NCBI GenBank assembly: GCA_964291415.2
Contig: OZ219920.1
Span: 800,001 to 864,000 of the forward strand
Source: Alphaproteobacteria bacterium
GTDB lineage: Bacteria; Pseudomonadota; Alphaproteobacteria; SP197
DNA length: 64,000 nt
Direction: 5' to 3'
Made by a program: the position numbers and the translations under genes
In this document: positions 38,482 through 49,050 of the stretch, one piece after another
How the letters are laid out: each line of letters starts with the position of its first letter
Numbering within the stretch: the stretch's first letter is position 1
Notes under the pieces: generated by a model
Databases searched by the model: none
Seen by the model: only the letters and a program-made list of their open reading frames with translations
What the model was told of the DNA's origin: nothing

Positions 38482-40560
38482 TCAGTCAGCACTGTCCCTG
38501 GTATTGAAGATCGGTTCCACTGCGGAGAGTTCATCGAGGGGAATGTGGCACTTGATGGTGTGGCCGTCTCCGGCATCCCGGTCCGGCGGAACCTCGTCGT
38601 TGCAGATTCTCCCAAGGTACCGTGGACAGCGGGACGCGAAGCGGCATCCCTCCGGGGGATCGAGAGCGGACGGCATTTCGCCTTCCAGCCGGATGCGCTT
38701 CTGGATGATGTCCGGATCGGGGATCGGCACCGCCGACAACAGGGCCTCGGTGTAGGGATGATAGGGCGGCATGAAGATGCGCTCCGAGGATCCGGCCTCC
38801 ATGATCTCGCCGAGGTACATGACGACGATCTCGTCGGAGAGGAACCGGACCACCGAAAGATCGTGGCTTATGAAGAGCAGGGTGGTGTTGTAACGCTTCT
38901 GCACGTCGTTGAGGAGATTGATGACGGCCGCCTGCACGGAGACATCGAGCGCCGAGACCGGTTCATCGGCGATGACCATGGACGGATTGCCGGCAAAGGC
39001 GCGGGCCACGGCGATGCGCTGCTTCTGACCGCCGGAAAGCTGGCGCGGCTTGCGTGTCGAGAAGGCCTTGGGCAGGCGGACCACATCGAGCATCTCGCCA
39101 ACCTGGTCCCGGATTCCCTCGCTGTCGGTGCGGAGGCCGAACTTCTTGATGACCCGGCCGATGCAGTGACCGACGGAATGGCTCGGGTTGAGCGTGCCGT
39201 CGGGGTTCTGGAATACCATCTGCATGGCGCGGATGAGATCCTGGTCCCGCTTGTGCACCGGAATGACGGCGATGTTGCGGCCCTCGAACATGATCTCGCC
39301 CTCGGTGGCGGTCTCGAGTCCGGTGAGCACCTTGGCGAAGGTCGACTTGCCGCATCCCGATTCGCCGACGATGGCGACGGTGCGGCCGCGCTGCGCGCGA
39401 AAACTGATTCTCTCGTTGGCCTTGACGTAATGACGGCTCTGGCCCTTGATCAGCGACGCGAGAGAGACATCGTTGATCTCGTAGAACTTGCTCATGTTGA
39501 CGACATCGAGCACGGCATCGCCATCCCCGCCCACGACTTCGCTCTGGGCGGCCGAGGGAACGTGGTCGACCTCGTCGATGCGCCGGCAGCGCACATGGTG
39601 GCCGTCCGCCACCGTCTCGAGGGAGGGCTCGCCGGCATCGCAGACCCCTTGCCTGAAGTAGTTGCAGCGTGGCCCGAAGGAGCAGCCTGGCGGTCTTTCG
39701 TGGGGAAGCGACACCTGGCCTGGAATGGGCTGCAGGGTCCGGGAGTGCTTGTCCGCACCGAGAGTGGGAATGCAGTCGAAGAGGCCGAACGTGTAGGGGT
39801 GGCGGGTTTCCTTGAAGACCTGGCGGATGGTGCCTTCCTCGACCATGGAGCCCGAATACATGACACCGACGCGGTCGCAGACCTTCACGATGAGGCCCAG
39901 ATTGTGGCTGATGTAGAGCAGGGTGGTGTTGAACTTCTCGCGCAGTTGCACGACGAGGTCGATCACCGTTGCCTCGACCGTCACGTCGAGTGCTGTTGTC
40001 GGCTCGTCGAGCAGCAGGAGCGACGGGTTGGACAGCATGGCCATGGCGATGACGACACGCTGCTGCTGGCCCCCCGAAATCTGGTGCGGATAGCGTGTCA
40101 TCACCCTCTCGGGATCCGGCATGTTGACGTCGCGCAGCATCTCGATGGAGCGCTCCGCAGCTTCCGCGTCGGAGACACGCTCATGGACGGCGAGCACTTC
40201 CTTGATCTGGGAACCGATGGTGAGTGACGGATTGAGGGCGCTCATCGGTTCCTGGTAGACCATGGAAATGCGTGATCCGCGGACGGCACGCAGTTCTTCT
40301 TCGGACATGGTCGCCATGTCGCGCCCCTCGAACTTGATGCGTCCCTTGACGATGCCGCCATTGAGGCCGAGGTAGTTCATGATGGCCATGGCCACCGTGG
40401 TCTTGCCGCATCCCGATTCGCCGACAAGACCGTAACTTTCGCCCCGCTTCAGCTTGAGCGAGAAATCCGGAACCGCCGGAATTTCTCCAAGCCGCGTGAA
40501 GTAGGAGATACCGACATTCTCGATCTCGAGGACGTAGTCGTCGCTGGAGGCAGGCGCCAT
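38482..40560 (-). CDS. Peptide/nickel ABC transporter ATP-binding protein (fused DppD-DppF)
   Basis: Two GESGCGK Walker A motifs, two signature motifs, and two Cys-rich oligopeptide C-terminal extensions (HPYT...GC.F..RC). Confidence 0.94.
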   Translation of the reverse strand: MAPASSDDYVLEIENVGISYFTRLGEIPAVPDFSLKLKRGESYGLVGESGCGKTTVAMAIMNYLGLNGGIVKGRIKFEGRDMATMSEEELRAVRGSRISMVYQEPMSALNPSLTIGSQIKEVLAVHERVSDAEAAERSIEMLRDVNMPDPERVMTRYPHQISGGQQQRVVIAMAMLSNPSLLLLDEPTTALDVTVEATVIDLVVQLREKFNTTLLYISHNLGLIVKVCDRVGVMYSGSMVEEGTIRQVFKETRHPYTFGLFDCIPTLGADKHSRTLQPIPGQVSLPHERPPGCSFGPRCNYFRQGVCDAGEPSLETVADGHHVRCRRIDEVDHVPSAAQSEVVGGDGDAVLDVVNMSKFYEINDVSLASLIKGQSRHYVKANERISFRAQRGRTVAIVGESGCGKSTFAKVLTGLETATEGEIMFEGRNIAVIPVHKRDQDLIRAMQMVFQNPDGTLNPSHSVGHCIGRVIKKFGLRTDSEGIRDQVGEMLDVVRLPKAFSTRKPRQLSGGQKQRIAVARAFAGNPSMVIADEPVSALDVSVQAAVINLLNDVQKRYNTTLLFISHDLSVVRFLSDEIVVMYLGEIMEAGSSERIFMPPYHPYTEALLSAVPIPDPDIIQKRIRLEGEMPSALDPPEGCRFASRCPRYLGRICNDEVPPDRDAGDGHTIKCHIPLDELSAVEPIFNTRDSAD

Positions 40561-40564
40561 GGAT

Positions 40565-41476
40565 TCAGTCCCTCGTCGAGATTTCCCGCAGGCCGTCCGC
40601 CAGGAGGTTGAAGCCGATCACCAGGCTCGAGACGGCGATGGACGGAATGATCGGCATGTAGGCCATGCCCGGGACCGTTGCCATGGTCCGCGATTCGGAA
40701 AGCATGCCACCCCAGTCGGGGTTGGGAGGCGGCAGGCCGAGGCCGAGAAAGCCGAGGATTCCGATGGTGATGACGGTGTATCCCATGCGCAGGCAGGCAT
40801 CGACGATGAGCGGTCCCCGGGCATTGGGGAGGAGCTCCACCGCCATGATGTAGAGACTCCGCTCTCCCCGGATCTGGGCTGCCGACACGTACTCGAGGTT
40901 GCGCAAATCGAGGGTGAGTCCGCGCACGATGCGGCCGATTCCAGGAGCCGACGCCACCGTCACGGCAACGATGATGTTGAATGCGGAGGCGCCGTAGACG
41001 GCGATGATGACGACGAAGAGAATGATCTGTGGAAAGGACAGGATGATGTCGCTGATGCGGCTGATGACGATGTCGACCCAGCCACCGTAGTATCCGGCCA
41101 GCATGCCCATGGTGATGCCGACGAGATAGCACACCAGAATGGCTGTCGGCGCCACGATCAGCGTCGTGCGTGCCCCGTAGGCGAGGCGCGACCAGATGTC
41201 GCGGCCGGAGATGTCGGTTCCAAGCCAGTGACCATCGACGGTCAGCGGCGGCACGGAGATGGCCAGAATATCTTGCTTGTTGGGATCCCAGACCGTGATG
41301 ACGTCGGCGAAGACGGCGACTAGGACCCACAGCATCACCAGGGACAGGCCGATCATCGCGGCAGGCGATTCGCGCAGGAGGCCAATCGAATAGAAGAAGT
41401 GCGCCCAGCCCGTCCGGTCTGGCTGTTCGGCGCTTGCAGGGTTGGCCGGGGTGCTGTCTGTGGTGGTGTCGGTCAT
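40565..41476 (-). CDS. Peptide ABC transporter permease (DppC-like)
   Basis: Motifs HWLGTDISGRDIWSRL, EYVSAAQIRGE and LGFLGLG..PDWG. Confidence 0.93.
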   Translation of the reverse strand: MTDTTTDSTPANPASAEQPDRTGWAHFFYSIGLLRESPAAMIGLSLVMLWVLVAVFADVITVWDPNKQDILAISVPPLTVDGHWLGTDISGRDIWSRLAYGARTTLIVAPTAILVCYLVGITMGMLAGYYGGWVDIVISRISDIILSFPQIILFVVIIAVYGASAFNIIVAVTVASAPGIGRIVRGLTLDLRNLEYVSAAQIRGERSLYIMAVELLPNARGPLIVDACLRMGYTVITIGILGFLGLGLPPPNPDWGGMLSESRTMATVPGMAYMPIIPSIAVSSLVIGFNLLADGLREISTRD

Positions 41477-41486
41477 GCAGGAATCG

Positions 41487-42500
41487 TCATATGAAGCGAA
41501 TGCGCGGGTTGATGTACATGTAGCCGATATCCCCGACGACCTGCGTCGTCACGACAATGAAGACGGCGATGAGCGTGGCGGCCTCGATCAGCGCCGTGTC
41601 GCCGAAGAGCGCGGCCTCGAGGAGCATCTTGCCGAATCCCGGATAGCTGAACACGGTCTCGGTGACGATGACGCCGGTGATGAGGAAGGGGATCTGCAGC
41701 AGGATGACCGTGAACGGGGCGATCAGGGCATTGCGCAACGCGTGCTTGAGAATGACTTGGCGGTAGGGCAGCCCCTTGAGGACCGCCGTGCGGATATAGG
41801 GTCGGGTCATGACCTCGACCATGGAGCCCCGCACCATGCGGGCGACGTAGCCGAAGTCGTAGAGCACAAGCACAAGGACAGGCAACACCATCTGCGAAGC
41901 CCACGACCACGGCTCGAAGCTCTGCATGTTCGACGTGCCTGGCAACCATCCGAGCATGAGGACGAAGATGACCAGCAGGAAGGTGGCGGATGCGAACTCC
42001 GGAATGGAGGTGAGCGTGATGCCCGTGTAGGAGAGCGACCTGTCGAGCGCGCTTCCTTCCCGCATGCCCGACAGCACGCCGAAGACCAGTGAGAGGGGTA
42101 CAATGATGGCGAAGGCAATGCCGGCGAGGATCATGGTGTTGCCCAGGCGGCGCCACATGATGTCGTTCACAGGCAGCCGGTACTTGAGGGACCAGCCGAA
42201 GTTGCCGAAGTACCGATCTCCCCTGGGGTCCTCGTATCCGAGCTTGAGGTCGGGGTCGTAGACCGGATCCTTGATGATGCCGGAGAGCACCGAAATCCAG
42301 CGCACGTAGCGCACGACAAGGGGGTCTCCGAGATCGAGCTTGTTGTAGAGAATATCCTTTTGCGCCTGGGTGGCGTAGGGGCCGAGTGTCTTGCTGGCGA
42401 CATTGCCAGGCGTGAATTCGAGGAGCGAGAAGACAAGCACGGATGTCACGAACATCGTGACGAGCATCATCAGCAAGCGTTTGCCTATGAACAGGGCCAT
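41487..42500 (-). CDS. Peptide ABC transporter permease (DppB-like)
   Basis: Motifs YIRTAVLKGL..VILKHALRNAL, ETVFSYPGFG and INPRIR. Confidence 0.93.
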   Translation of the reverse strand: MALFIGKRLLMMLVTMFVTSVLVFSLLEFTPGNVASKTLGPYATQAQKDILYNKLDLGDPLVVRYVRWISVLSGIIKDPVYDPDLKLGYEDPRGDRYFGNFGWSLKYRLPVNDIMWRRLGNTMILAGIAFAIIVPLSLVFGVLSGMREGSALDRSLSYTGITLTSIPEFASATFLLVIFVLMLGWLPGTSNMQSFEPWSWASQMVLPVLVLVLYDFGYVARMVRGSMVEVMTRPYIRTAVLKGLPYRQVILKHALRNALIAPFTVILLQIPFLITGVIVTETVFSYPGFGKMLLEAALFGDTALIEAATLIAVFIVVTTQVVGDIGYMYINPRIRFI

Positions 42501-42729
42501 TCCCGCGCCTTCTCCGCACCAGTTGTCTTCCCGGCAATTCACACTGCGACACAATCGCCCCGGCTGTCCAGTTTCGAAGAATCCGGGATCGCCCCTGCTT
42601 GTCACGACCCGAGGCGTCGATGTTCGGGGCCATTGCGAGGGCTTCCCGGGCGTCGCGCACGTTGCCGGCATTGCAATGCCGGCTGGTCCAGCGGTAGGAT
42701 TGTCCGCCTCCTTGTTGTGAACCCGACCC

Positions 42730-43728
42730 ATGACGCCACTTGTCGATCCCTTTGGTCGTGAGATCAGCTACATCCGGATTTCGGTGACGGACCGGTGCGA
42801 CTTTCGCTGCGTCTACTGCATGTCGGAAGACATGACTTTCCTGCCCAAGAAGGACCTTCTCACCCTCGAGGAACTCGATCGCCTGACCAGCGCCTTCGTG
42901 CGTCTCGGCACGCGCAAGGTCCGGGTCACCGGCGGCGAGCCCCTCGTGCGCAAGGGCGTGATGCAGCTCTTCAGGAGCCTGGGACGGCACCTTCACGGCG
43001 GCGGACTCGACGAACTGACGGTGACCACCAACGGCAGCCAGCTCGCGCGCCATGCCGGGGCGCTTCATGAAGCCGGTGTCCGGCGAATCAACATCTCGCT
43101 CGATACCCTCGATCCGGAAAAGTTCCGGGCCATCACGCGCTGGGGCCGCTGGGACAGGGTGATGGAGGGCATCGCCGCCGCGACCGAGGCCGGACTTGCC
43201 ATCAAGATCAACGCGGTGGCCATGAAGGGTGTCAACGAGGATGAATTCGACCGCATGATTCGCTGGTGTGGCGAACGCGGGTTCGACCTGACACTGATCG
43301 AGACCATGCCCATGGGCGATATCGACGGTGACCGGACGGCCCAGTACCTGCCGCTGTCGGCGGTGAGGGCGGATCTCGAACGGCGATGGACGCTCGTCGA
43401 GAGCGATCACCGGACCGGCGGTCCGGCACGCTATGTGCACATTGCCGAGACAGGCCGGCGACTTGGTTTCATCACGCCGATGACCCACAACTTCTGCGAA
43501 TCCTGCAACCGCGTCCGGTTGACCTGCACGGGCACCCTCTACATGTGCCTTGGCCAGGAAGATTCCGCGGACCTGAAGACGCCCATGCGCATGTCTCCCG
43601 ATGATGCGGCACTCGAGGCGGCCATCCGCAAGGCCATCGGCCGCAAGCCGAAGGGCCACGACTTTGTCATCGACCGGGCAACGAGGACGCCGAGCGTCTC
43701 GCGCCACATGAGTGTCACGGGCGGATAG
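42730..43728 (+). CDS. moaA: GTP 3',8-cyclase
   Basis: Radical SAM motif CDFRCVYC, C-terminal cluster motif FCESCNRVR...C, and the MSVTGG end. Confidence 0.97.
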   Translation: MTPLVDPFGREISYIRISVTDRCDFRCVYCMSEDMTFLPKKDLLTLEELDRLTSAFVRLGTRKVRVTGGEPLVRKGVMQLFRSLGRHLHGGGLDELTVTTNGSQLARHAGALHEAGVRRINISLDTLDPEKFRAITRWGRWDRVMEGIAAATEAGLAIKINAVAMKGVNEDEFDRMIRWCGERGFDLTLIETMPMGDIDGDRTAQYLPLSAVRADLERRWTLVESDHRTGGPARYVHIAETGRRLGFITPMTHNFCESCNRVRLTCTGTLYMCLGQEDSADLKTPMRMSPDDAALEAAIRKAIGRKPKGHDFVIDRATRTPSVSRHMSVTGG

Positions 43729-43741
43729 GAGACAGCCGGCG

Positions 43742-44881
43742 GTGGCGCACCGCGTCGAGACGATTCCTCTCATGTCCCCGGGTCCGGGGAGCGAACGTCA
43801 TCTCGTCGTGCATCGTTTCGGGAAGCCGGGCGCGCGCCCCAAGCTCTACTTCCAGGCGGCGCTCCATGCCGATGAGCTCCCGGGATCACTGGTGCTCAAC
43901 CGCATGCTGTCCTGGCTGAAGGAAGCAGACGAGGGGGGCGGCCTCAAGGGCGAGTTCGTGATCGTTCCCCTTGCCAATCCCGTCGGTCTCGCCAATCGCA
44001 TCCTCAACTACCACCTGGGCCGTTTCGATCTCGGCGGCGATGGCAATTTCAACCGCTGGTACCCGGACCTCGGCGCAGTCGCGGCCGAGGGCGTGGGCGA
44101 TCTCCTGGCCGATGACAGTGAAGCCAATACGCGGATCATTCGCCAGGCCCTCCTTGATGCGGTCGCCGCGTGGCCTGCCACGGGAGAGGCCAATCAGCTC
44201 AGGAAGACGCTGCTCGGCCTCTCGATCGACAGCGACTTCGTGTTCGACCTGCACTGTCACGGCGAGGGTATTGCGTACATCTATTTCCCCCGGGACATCT
44301 GGCCGCGCTACAGCGATCTGGCTGGTGAACTGGGTTGCCGCACCATCCTGCTCTTCGACGCCACCGAGGGCACCGCCTTCGAGAACGCCGCTGCTGTCGC
44401 CTGGTCCACCATTCGCCGGACCTTTCCGGATCGTGAGTTTGCAGATGCGCCCTTCACCACGACCCTGGAGTTGAGAGGGCAGTCCGATGTCGGTGCCGAC
44501 ATGGCCCGGGATGATGCATCGGCGCTCTGGCGGTTCCTCGTGCGTCACGGATTCATTGCCGGTGATCCGGTTCCGCCGCCGAACCTGTTGTGCCAGCCGA
44601 CGCCTCTCGCCGGTTCCGACAACCTCGTGGCGCCTGTCGCCGGTGTCGTCAGTTACCGCCTGGCGCCGGGTGACAGGGTCGAGGCCGGCATGGTCGTTGC
44701 CGACATCGTCGATCCGGCAGAAGCCGACTGGGGCAAGGCGCGGACACCGGTTGCCAGCCGGGCGAGCGGTATCCTCTATGGGCGCCGGCTGAGCCGGCTG
44801 GTGCGCCCGGGCCAGTCCTTTGCGGTGGTGTCGGGACCGGAGGAACTGCCGCCTCCGGACCATCCCGTCCACGACTGGTAG
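43742..44881 (+). CDS. Succinylglutamate desuccinylase/aspartoacylase (M14) family protein
   Basis: Motifs LHADE, ANPVG, NFNR, DLHC and TLELRG, with a lipoyl-like C-terminal domain. Confidence 0.88.
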   Translation: MAHRVETIPLMSPGPGSERHLVVHRFGKPGARPKLYFQAALHADELPGSLVLNRMLSWLKEADEGGGLKGEFVIVPLANPVGLANRILNYHLGRFDLGGDGNFNRWYPDLGAVAAEGVGDLLADDSEANTRIIRQALLDAVAAWPATGEANQLRKTLLGLSIDSDFVFDLHCHGEGIAYIYFPRDIWPRYSDLAGELGCRTILLFDATEGTAFENAAAVAWSTIRRTFPDREFADAPFTTTLELRGQSDVGADMARDDASALWRFLVRHGFIAGDPVPPPNLLCQPTPLAGSDNLVAPVAGVVSYRLAPGDRVEAGMVVADIVDPAEADWGKARTPVASRASGILYGRRLSRLVRPGQSFAVVSGPEELPPPDHPVHDW

Positions 44882-44890
44882 GGCGGGCCC

Positions 44891-45982
44891 GTGGTCTGCA
44901 GGCAGGAGATCATCGAGCTTCCCCGGGCGGGGCCCGGGACCCGGCGGAGCATCGTAGTCCAGCGCTTCGGAGAACCGGGTGCGAGGCCCAAGGCCTACCT
45001 TCATGCGGCGCTCCATGCCCAGGAGCTTCCCGGCATCGTCGTTCTCGATCACCTGGCCGGCATGCTGCGCGACGCCGATGTCAGGGGAGAGGTGGTCATC
45101 GTGCCGTTTGCCAACCCGATCGGTCTGGCACAGCAGGTCATGATGGAAACGCCGGGACGCCACGACCTCGATACGGGGCGCAACTACAACCGCGGTTTTC
45201 CCGACATCCTGGACGAGGTGGCCCAGGCGGTCACCGGCAAGCTCGACCGGAACCATGATGCCAGTGTGGCCCGGGTGAGAGAGGCGGCCCTCGATATCCT
45301 GGAACGCCGGCCAGTCCTGCGCGAGGACGATGTCCTGAAGACCACCCTGTTGCGCCTGTCGCTGGACAGCGACTACGTCCTTGACCTTCACACGGCCTGG
45401 GAGGCGCTGCCGCACATGTTGGTCAGTTCTCTCCACTGGCCCGATGCCGCCGACCTCGCCCGGGACATGGAAAGCGAGGTGGTGATCGTCGACGACGGCA
45501 ATCCCATGATGACGTTCAAGTCGGCTCACGTTCTCTTGTGGCAGGCAATCGCCAGGCACTTTCCGACAAGCCTGGAGCGGCCGGGGTGTCTGGCCGCCGT
45601 CCTCGAATTGCGCGGTCAGAGGGATGTCGACGACGATCTGACCCTGCCCGCCGCACGCGGGCTGCTGCGCTGGCTGCGCCGCCGTGGTGTCGTCGGCGGA
45701 GAGCCGGGACCTCTCCCCCGGCCAAGGTGCCGGGCGCGCTCGATAGACGGTCTGCGGCGGCTTCAGGCCCCGGCAGGCGGCATCGTCATCTACGAGGGAG
45801 CACTCGGCAGGCACGTCGCCAGGGGCGAGACCTTCGCCCACATTCTCGATCCGGCCAGCGGCACGCGCCACCCGGTGACCGCTCCGGTCACGGGATGTCT
45901 CTACACGCGGCGCAGCCACCGCCTGGCCCGCCAGGGCGACTACTTCTGCGCCATCGCCGGTGATGATCCGCCAGTAGACTGA
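44891..45982 (+). CDS. Succinylglutamate desuccinylase/aspartoacylase (M14) family protein, tandem paralog
   Basis: Motifs LHAQE, ANPIG, NYNR, DLHT and VLELRG. Confidence 0.88.
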   Translation: MVCRQEIIELPRAGPGTRRSIVVQRFGEPGARPKAYLHAALHAQELPGIVVLDHLAGMLRDADVRGEVVIVPFANPIGLAQQVMMETPGRHDLDTGRNYNRGFPDILDEVAQAVTGKLDRNHDASVARVREAALDILERRPVLREDDVLKTTLLRLSLDSDYVLDLHTAWEALPHMLVSSLHWPDAADLARDMESEVVIVDDGNPMMTFKSAHVLLWQAIARHFPTSLERPGCLAAVLELRGQRDVDDDLTLPAARGLLRWLRRRGVVGGEPGPLPRPRCRARSIDGLRRLQAPAGGIVIYEGALGRHVARGETFAHILDPASGTRHPVTAPVTGCLYTRRSHRLARQGDYFCAIAGDDPPVD

Positions 45983-46377
45983 TGGCCGGCCGTGCCGGGC
46001 AGGGGGGACTGAAGGCCGGGATCGGAAGCCATGGCGGGGATCCGTCAGCGGTACTGTGTCGTGACCCCATGCCGCCCGGCCTGCCGACGTTGCGGAATGG
46101 CGCAGGGAGGTAGCGACATTGGGGAGAGGATCACTCCCTGTCGTCGTTTCGAGAAGCGATGCACTGGTTCGCCGGCCCGAGGTATCGGCGGAAGCGCCTG
46201 ACTCCCGGGGGGTCAAGGACAGGCGGTTTCATGAAGTCGGCCTGGACGCTTCGGTAGCACCGGCGGCGGTGCCGATGGCCCGGATGGAGCGGCGAACACG
46301 TGGCAACGGGCTCGGCGCCAATCGCGCGCTCGATCTGCGCTGCTGCGACGATATGGTCGACCTTCAGGAACGTGTCT

Positions 46378-46893
46378 TCAGTTGGCGCGTCCGGCGCCGC
46401 CGAGACCGACAATCGTCGAGAACGGCATGTGCACGCCGATCCCGAGGAACGTCGTATCCGGGTGGCGCATGAAACCGACCTCCCAGATGACATCGCTGTC
46501 CTCTTCCTGCCATTGGACCACCGGCAACGCGCCCCGGCGCAGCCAGTGCCCCCGGGTGTAGTTTCCGCTCACGCCGGCACTCACCCCGACACGCCAGCGC
46601 TCGGCCACTTCCCAAGCCGCCGTCACGCCAAGGAAAGGTCCCCATGTATGGTGCGATGTACGCACGATGCCTGTTCGCGCCCGTAGCCACTCGCCGAGCA
46701 GCGGCGCGTTGACGCCGATCCAGGGGTGCCAGGTCGCATAGTTCCTGTCGGAGTCCGGATGGAAACTCTTGATGACGCCGAGTTCCGCCCGGAGCACCGT
46801 GTCACCTGCAGCGGGCCCAAGGATTAGCGGCATGATCGCAGCCGCCAACAGAGCGGCCGCCAACGCCTTGCAGTTCGTCTTTTGCCCCCTCAT
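46378..46893 (-). CDS. Hypothetical secreted beta-strand-rich protein (PagP-like outer-membrane barrel candidate)
   Basis: Signal peptide, then alternating hydrophobic/aromatic strands. SFHPDSDRNY..HPWIG and RTSH resemble PagP-like barrels. Confidence 0.55.
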   Translation of the reverse strand: MRGQKTNCKALAAALLAAAIMPLILGPAAGDTVLRAELGVIKSFHPDSDRNYATWHPWIGVNAPLLGEWLRARTGIVRTSHHTWGPFLGVTAAWEVAERWRVGVSAGVSGNYTRGHWLRRGALPVVQWQEEDSDVIWEVGFMRHPDTTFLGIGVHMPFSTIVGLGGAGRAN

Positions 46894-47084
46894 CAGATCA
46901 TCCCCTTTTCGAGCGCGAGCCATTCCGGCATCGACGCGATACCGTCGCCCTTGTCCTCGATGAGGGCGATGGGACCCCGCACGGGCCGCGCCCCGCCGAG
47001 ATTGGGCAGGCAGCACTTGTCTCTTTCGTGACGCGGGATCGCACCGATGTCAACGAGATCAGCCGTGCCGGTCATTCGACGCAT
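46893..47084 (-). CDS. Small phage-like hypothetical protein (possibly degenerate)
   Basis: ADLVDI..RHE..K...IEDKGDG..SMPEWLALEKGMI matches, from recall, a small family found in alphaproteobacterial phages. Its stop overlaps the next start. Confidence 0.55.
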   Translation of the reverse strand: MRRMTGTADLVDIGAIPRHERDKCCLPNLGGARPVRGPIALIEDKGDGIASMPEWLALEKGMI

Positions 47085-47687
47085 CCGGTCATCAGTGCAT
47101 CGTCAGCCCTTCTGCTTGCGGTCGAAGAGAAGGCCGGCCCGCGATCGAACCCCAGAGCTGCCAGCCGCCGCGGGTCTCGAGGCCGATTCCGATGAAGATC
47201 TCGGTGGCGGCGGGGCGCAGGTCCTTCACCGCCTTCAGCGTGGCCGTGGTACGCTCGACCTTGCGCCGGCCCTTCGCCGCCGGCTCCTCGGTCAAGGCGG
47301 GAACGATGTCGCCGTCGGCGTGAGCCCGGAACCGTTCGGCCACAAGGCGGTCGTCGCCAGGCCGGTGCCGAAGAAATGAGCCAGAAACGTCTCCGTCGTG
47401 TTGCCGGGCATCGCCATGGCTGCCGTCACGGCGCCGTTTCCTTCGTGCCGATGAGGGAAAACGGCAGCCGGACGCCCCGACCGCCGCCCCGCTCACGGCC
47501 GGCGCTCCCCTCTCGGTGGGGCGATGCGCGGCGGCGGAGAGTCGGTGATTGACCGGGTGGACAGGTAGGACTAGGGATCGGGCGTCGGTTCGATCGGCGT
47601 TTCCGATCAGGCAATCACAACGGAAAAGGGCGGCATCGGATCGCGAGCCAATTCCGGCAGCGTCCGCGAGAACAGGAGAACGAGAGA

Positions 47688-47960
47688 GTGAACAAGGCAG
47701 AGATCGTCGAGCGCGTGGCCGGCGAGGCAGGCATCACGAAACAGGCGGCCCAGGCCGCTGTCGGTGGCGTGTTCGACGCCATCGCGGAGGCACTCGCCCG
47801 GGGCGAGGACGTTTCCATCGTCGGCTTCGGCAGGTTCTCCAGGAAGGACCGGCCTGCTCGCGAAGGCAGGAATCCGCGCACCGGCGAACGCATCGCCATC
47901 GGCCCGGCGGCCGGCGTGTCGTTCAAGGCCGGCAAGCCGCTGAAGGACTTGCTGAGCTGA
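47688..47960 (+). CDS. HU family DNA-binding protein
   Basis: MNKAEIVERVA...VSIVGFGRFS...REGRNPRTGERIAI...FKAGKPLKD. Confidence 0.95.
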   Translation: MNKAEIVERVAGEAGITKQAAQAAVGGVFDAIAEALARGEDVSIVGFGRFSRKDRPAREGRNPRTGERIAIGPAAGVSFKAGKPLKDLLS

Positions 47961-48044
47961 CCGTGGGCGGGCGGCAGGCGCGTTGACGGCGGGTCACGCC
48001 GGAATGCGGCGGAATCGCGGACGGTCGATGGAGCGCGGAACGGG

Positions 48045-49050
48045 ATGAACGACGAAACGCCAGAGAGCGCGGGCGGCGGCGAGGTTGCGGTGTACGAAAG
48101 CGCCGGCGGCGAGGTGCGGGTGGACGTGCGTCTCGACCGGGAGACGGTCTGGCTGACCCAGCGGCAGATGGCGGAGGTGTTCGACACTACGCCCGAGAAC
48201 GTGCTGATGCACCTGCGCAACATATTCGAGCGGGGAACTGGAGGCGGAGGCAACTACTAAGGAATACTTGGCAGTTCGAACCGAAGGCAGGCGCAGGGTC
48301 CGGCGCCGGCTGAAACACTACAATCTCGACGCCATAATCTCGGTCGGCTACCGCGTCAACACCAGGCGCGGCGTGCGGTTCCGCCAATGGGCCACCCGCA
48401 CTCTGCTCGGTCACCTGGTGCAGGGCTTCACCGTGAACGAGCGCCGGCTGGCCGAGCGCGGCCTGCGGGAAGCGCGGGAGACCCTGGACCTTCTGGCGCG
48501 CACACTCAGCAACCAGGCGCTGGTGGACGATACCGGACAGGCGGTGCTGGACCTGATCGCGGGCTATGCCGATACATGGCGCCTGTTGCTGGAGTACGAC
48601 GAGGACCGGTTGGTGCCGCCGCCCGGCACGGGGCCGTCGTCGGGCGTGCTCGATCACGACCGGGCCATCGGCGCGATCGCGGAGTTCCGGCACGATCTGA
48701 TGGCTCGCGAGCAGGCCTCGGCCCTCTTCGGCAGTCCCCGCGGCGATGCGCTCGCCGCCATTCTGGGCAATATCGAGCAGACCATGTTCGGCGAACCGCT
48801 CTACCGCAGCCGCGAGGAGAAGGCGGCGCACCTGCTGTACTTTGTGGTCAAGGACCATCCCTTCACCGACGGCAACAAGCGTATCGGGTCGCTGCTGTTC
48901 CTGCTCTACCTGAAGCAGGAGGGGATCGAACACGGCCTGAACCCCCAGGCGCTGACAGCGCTGACCCTGCTGGTCGCTGAAAGCGCTCCCGCCGGCAAGG
49001 ACCTCATGATCCGGCTGATCGTCAACCTGCTGGTGGGGACGTCAGCATGA
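48045..49050 (+). pseudogene. RhuM-Fic/Doc fusion protein, frameshifted at ~48228
   Basis: RhuM domain (ETVWLTQRQMAEVF, YNLDAIISVGYRV, FRQWAT) and a Doc-type motif HPFTDGNKR. A small indel separates NIF from GELEAEATTKEYL. Confidence 0.85.

Noticed and set aside
47092-47496. 134-aa minus-strand ORF inside the island
   Set aside because: It may be a decayed cargo gene, but I cannot recognise a family or a credible start.
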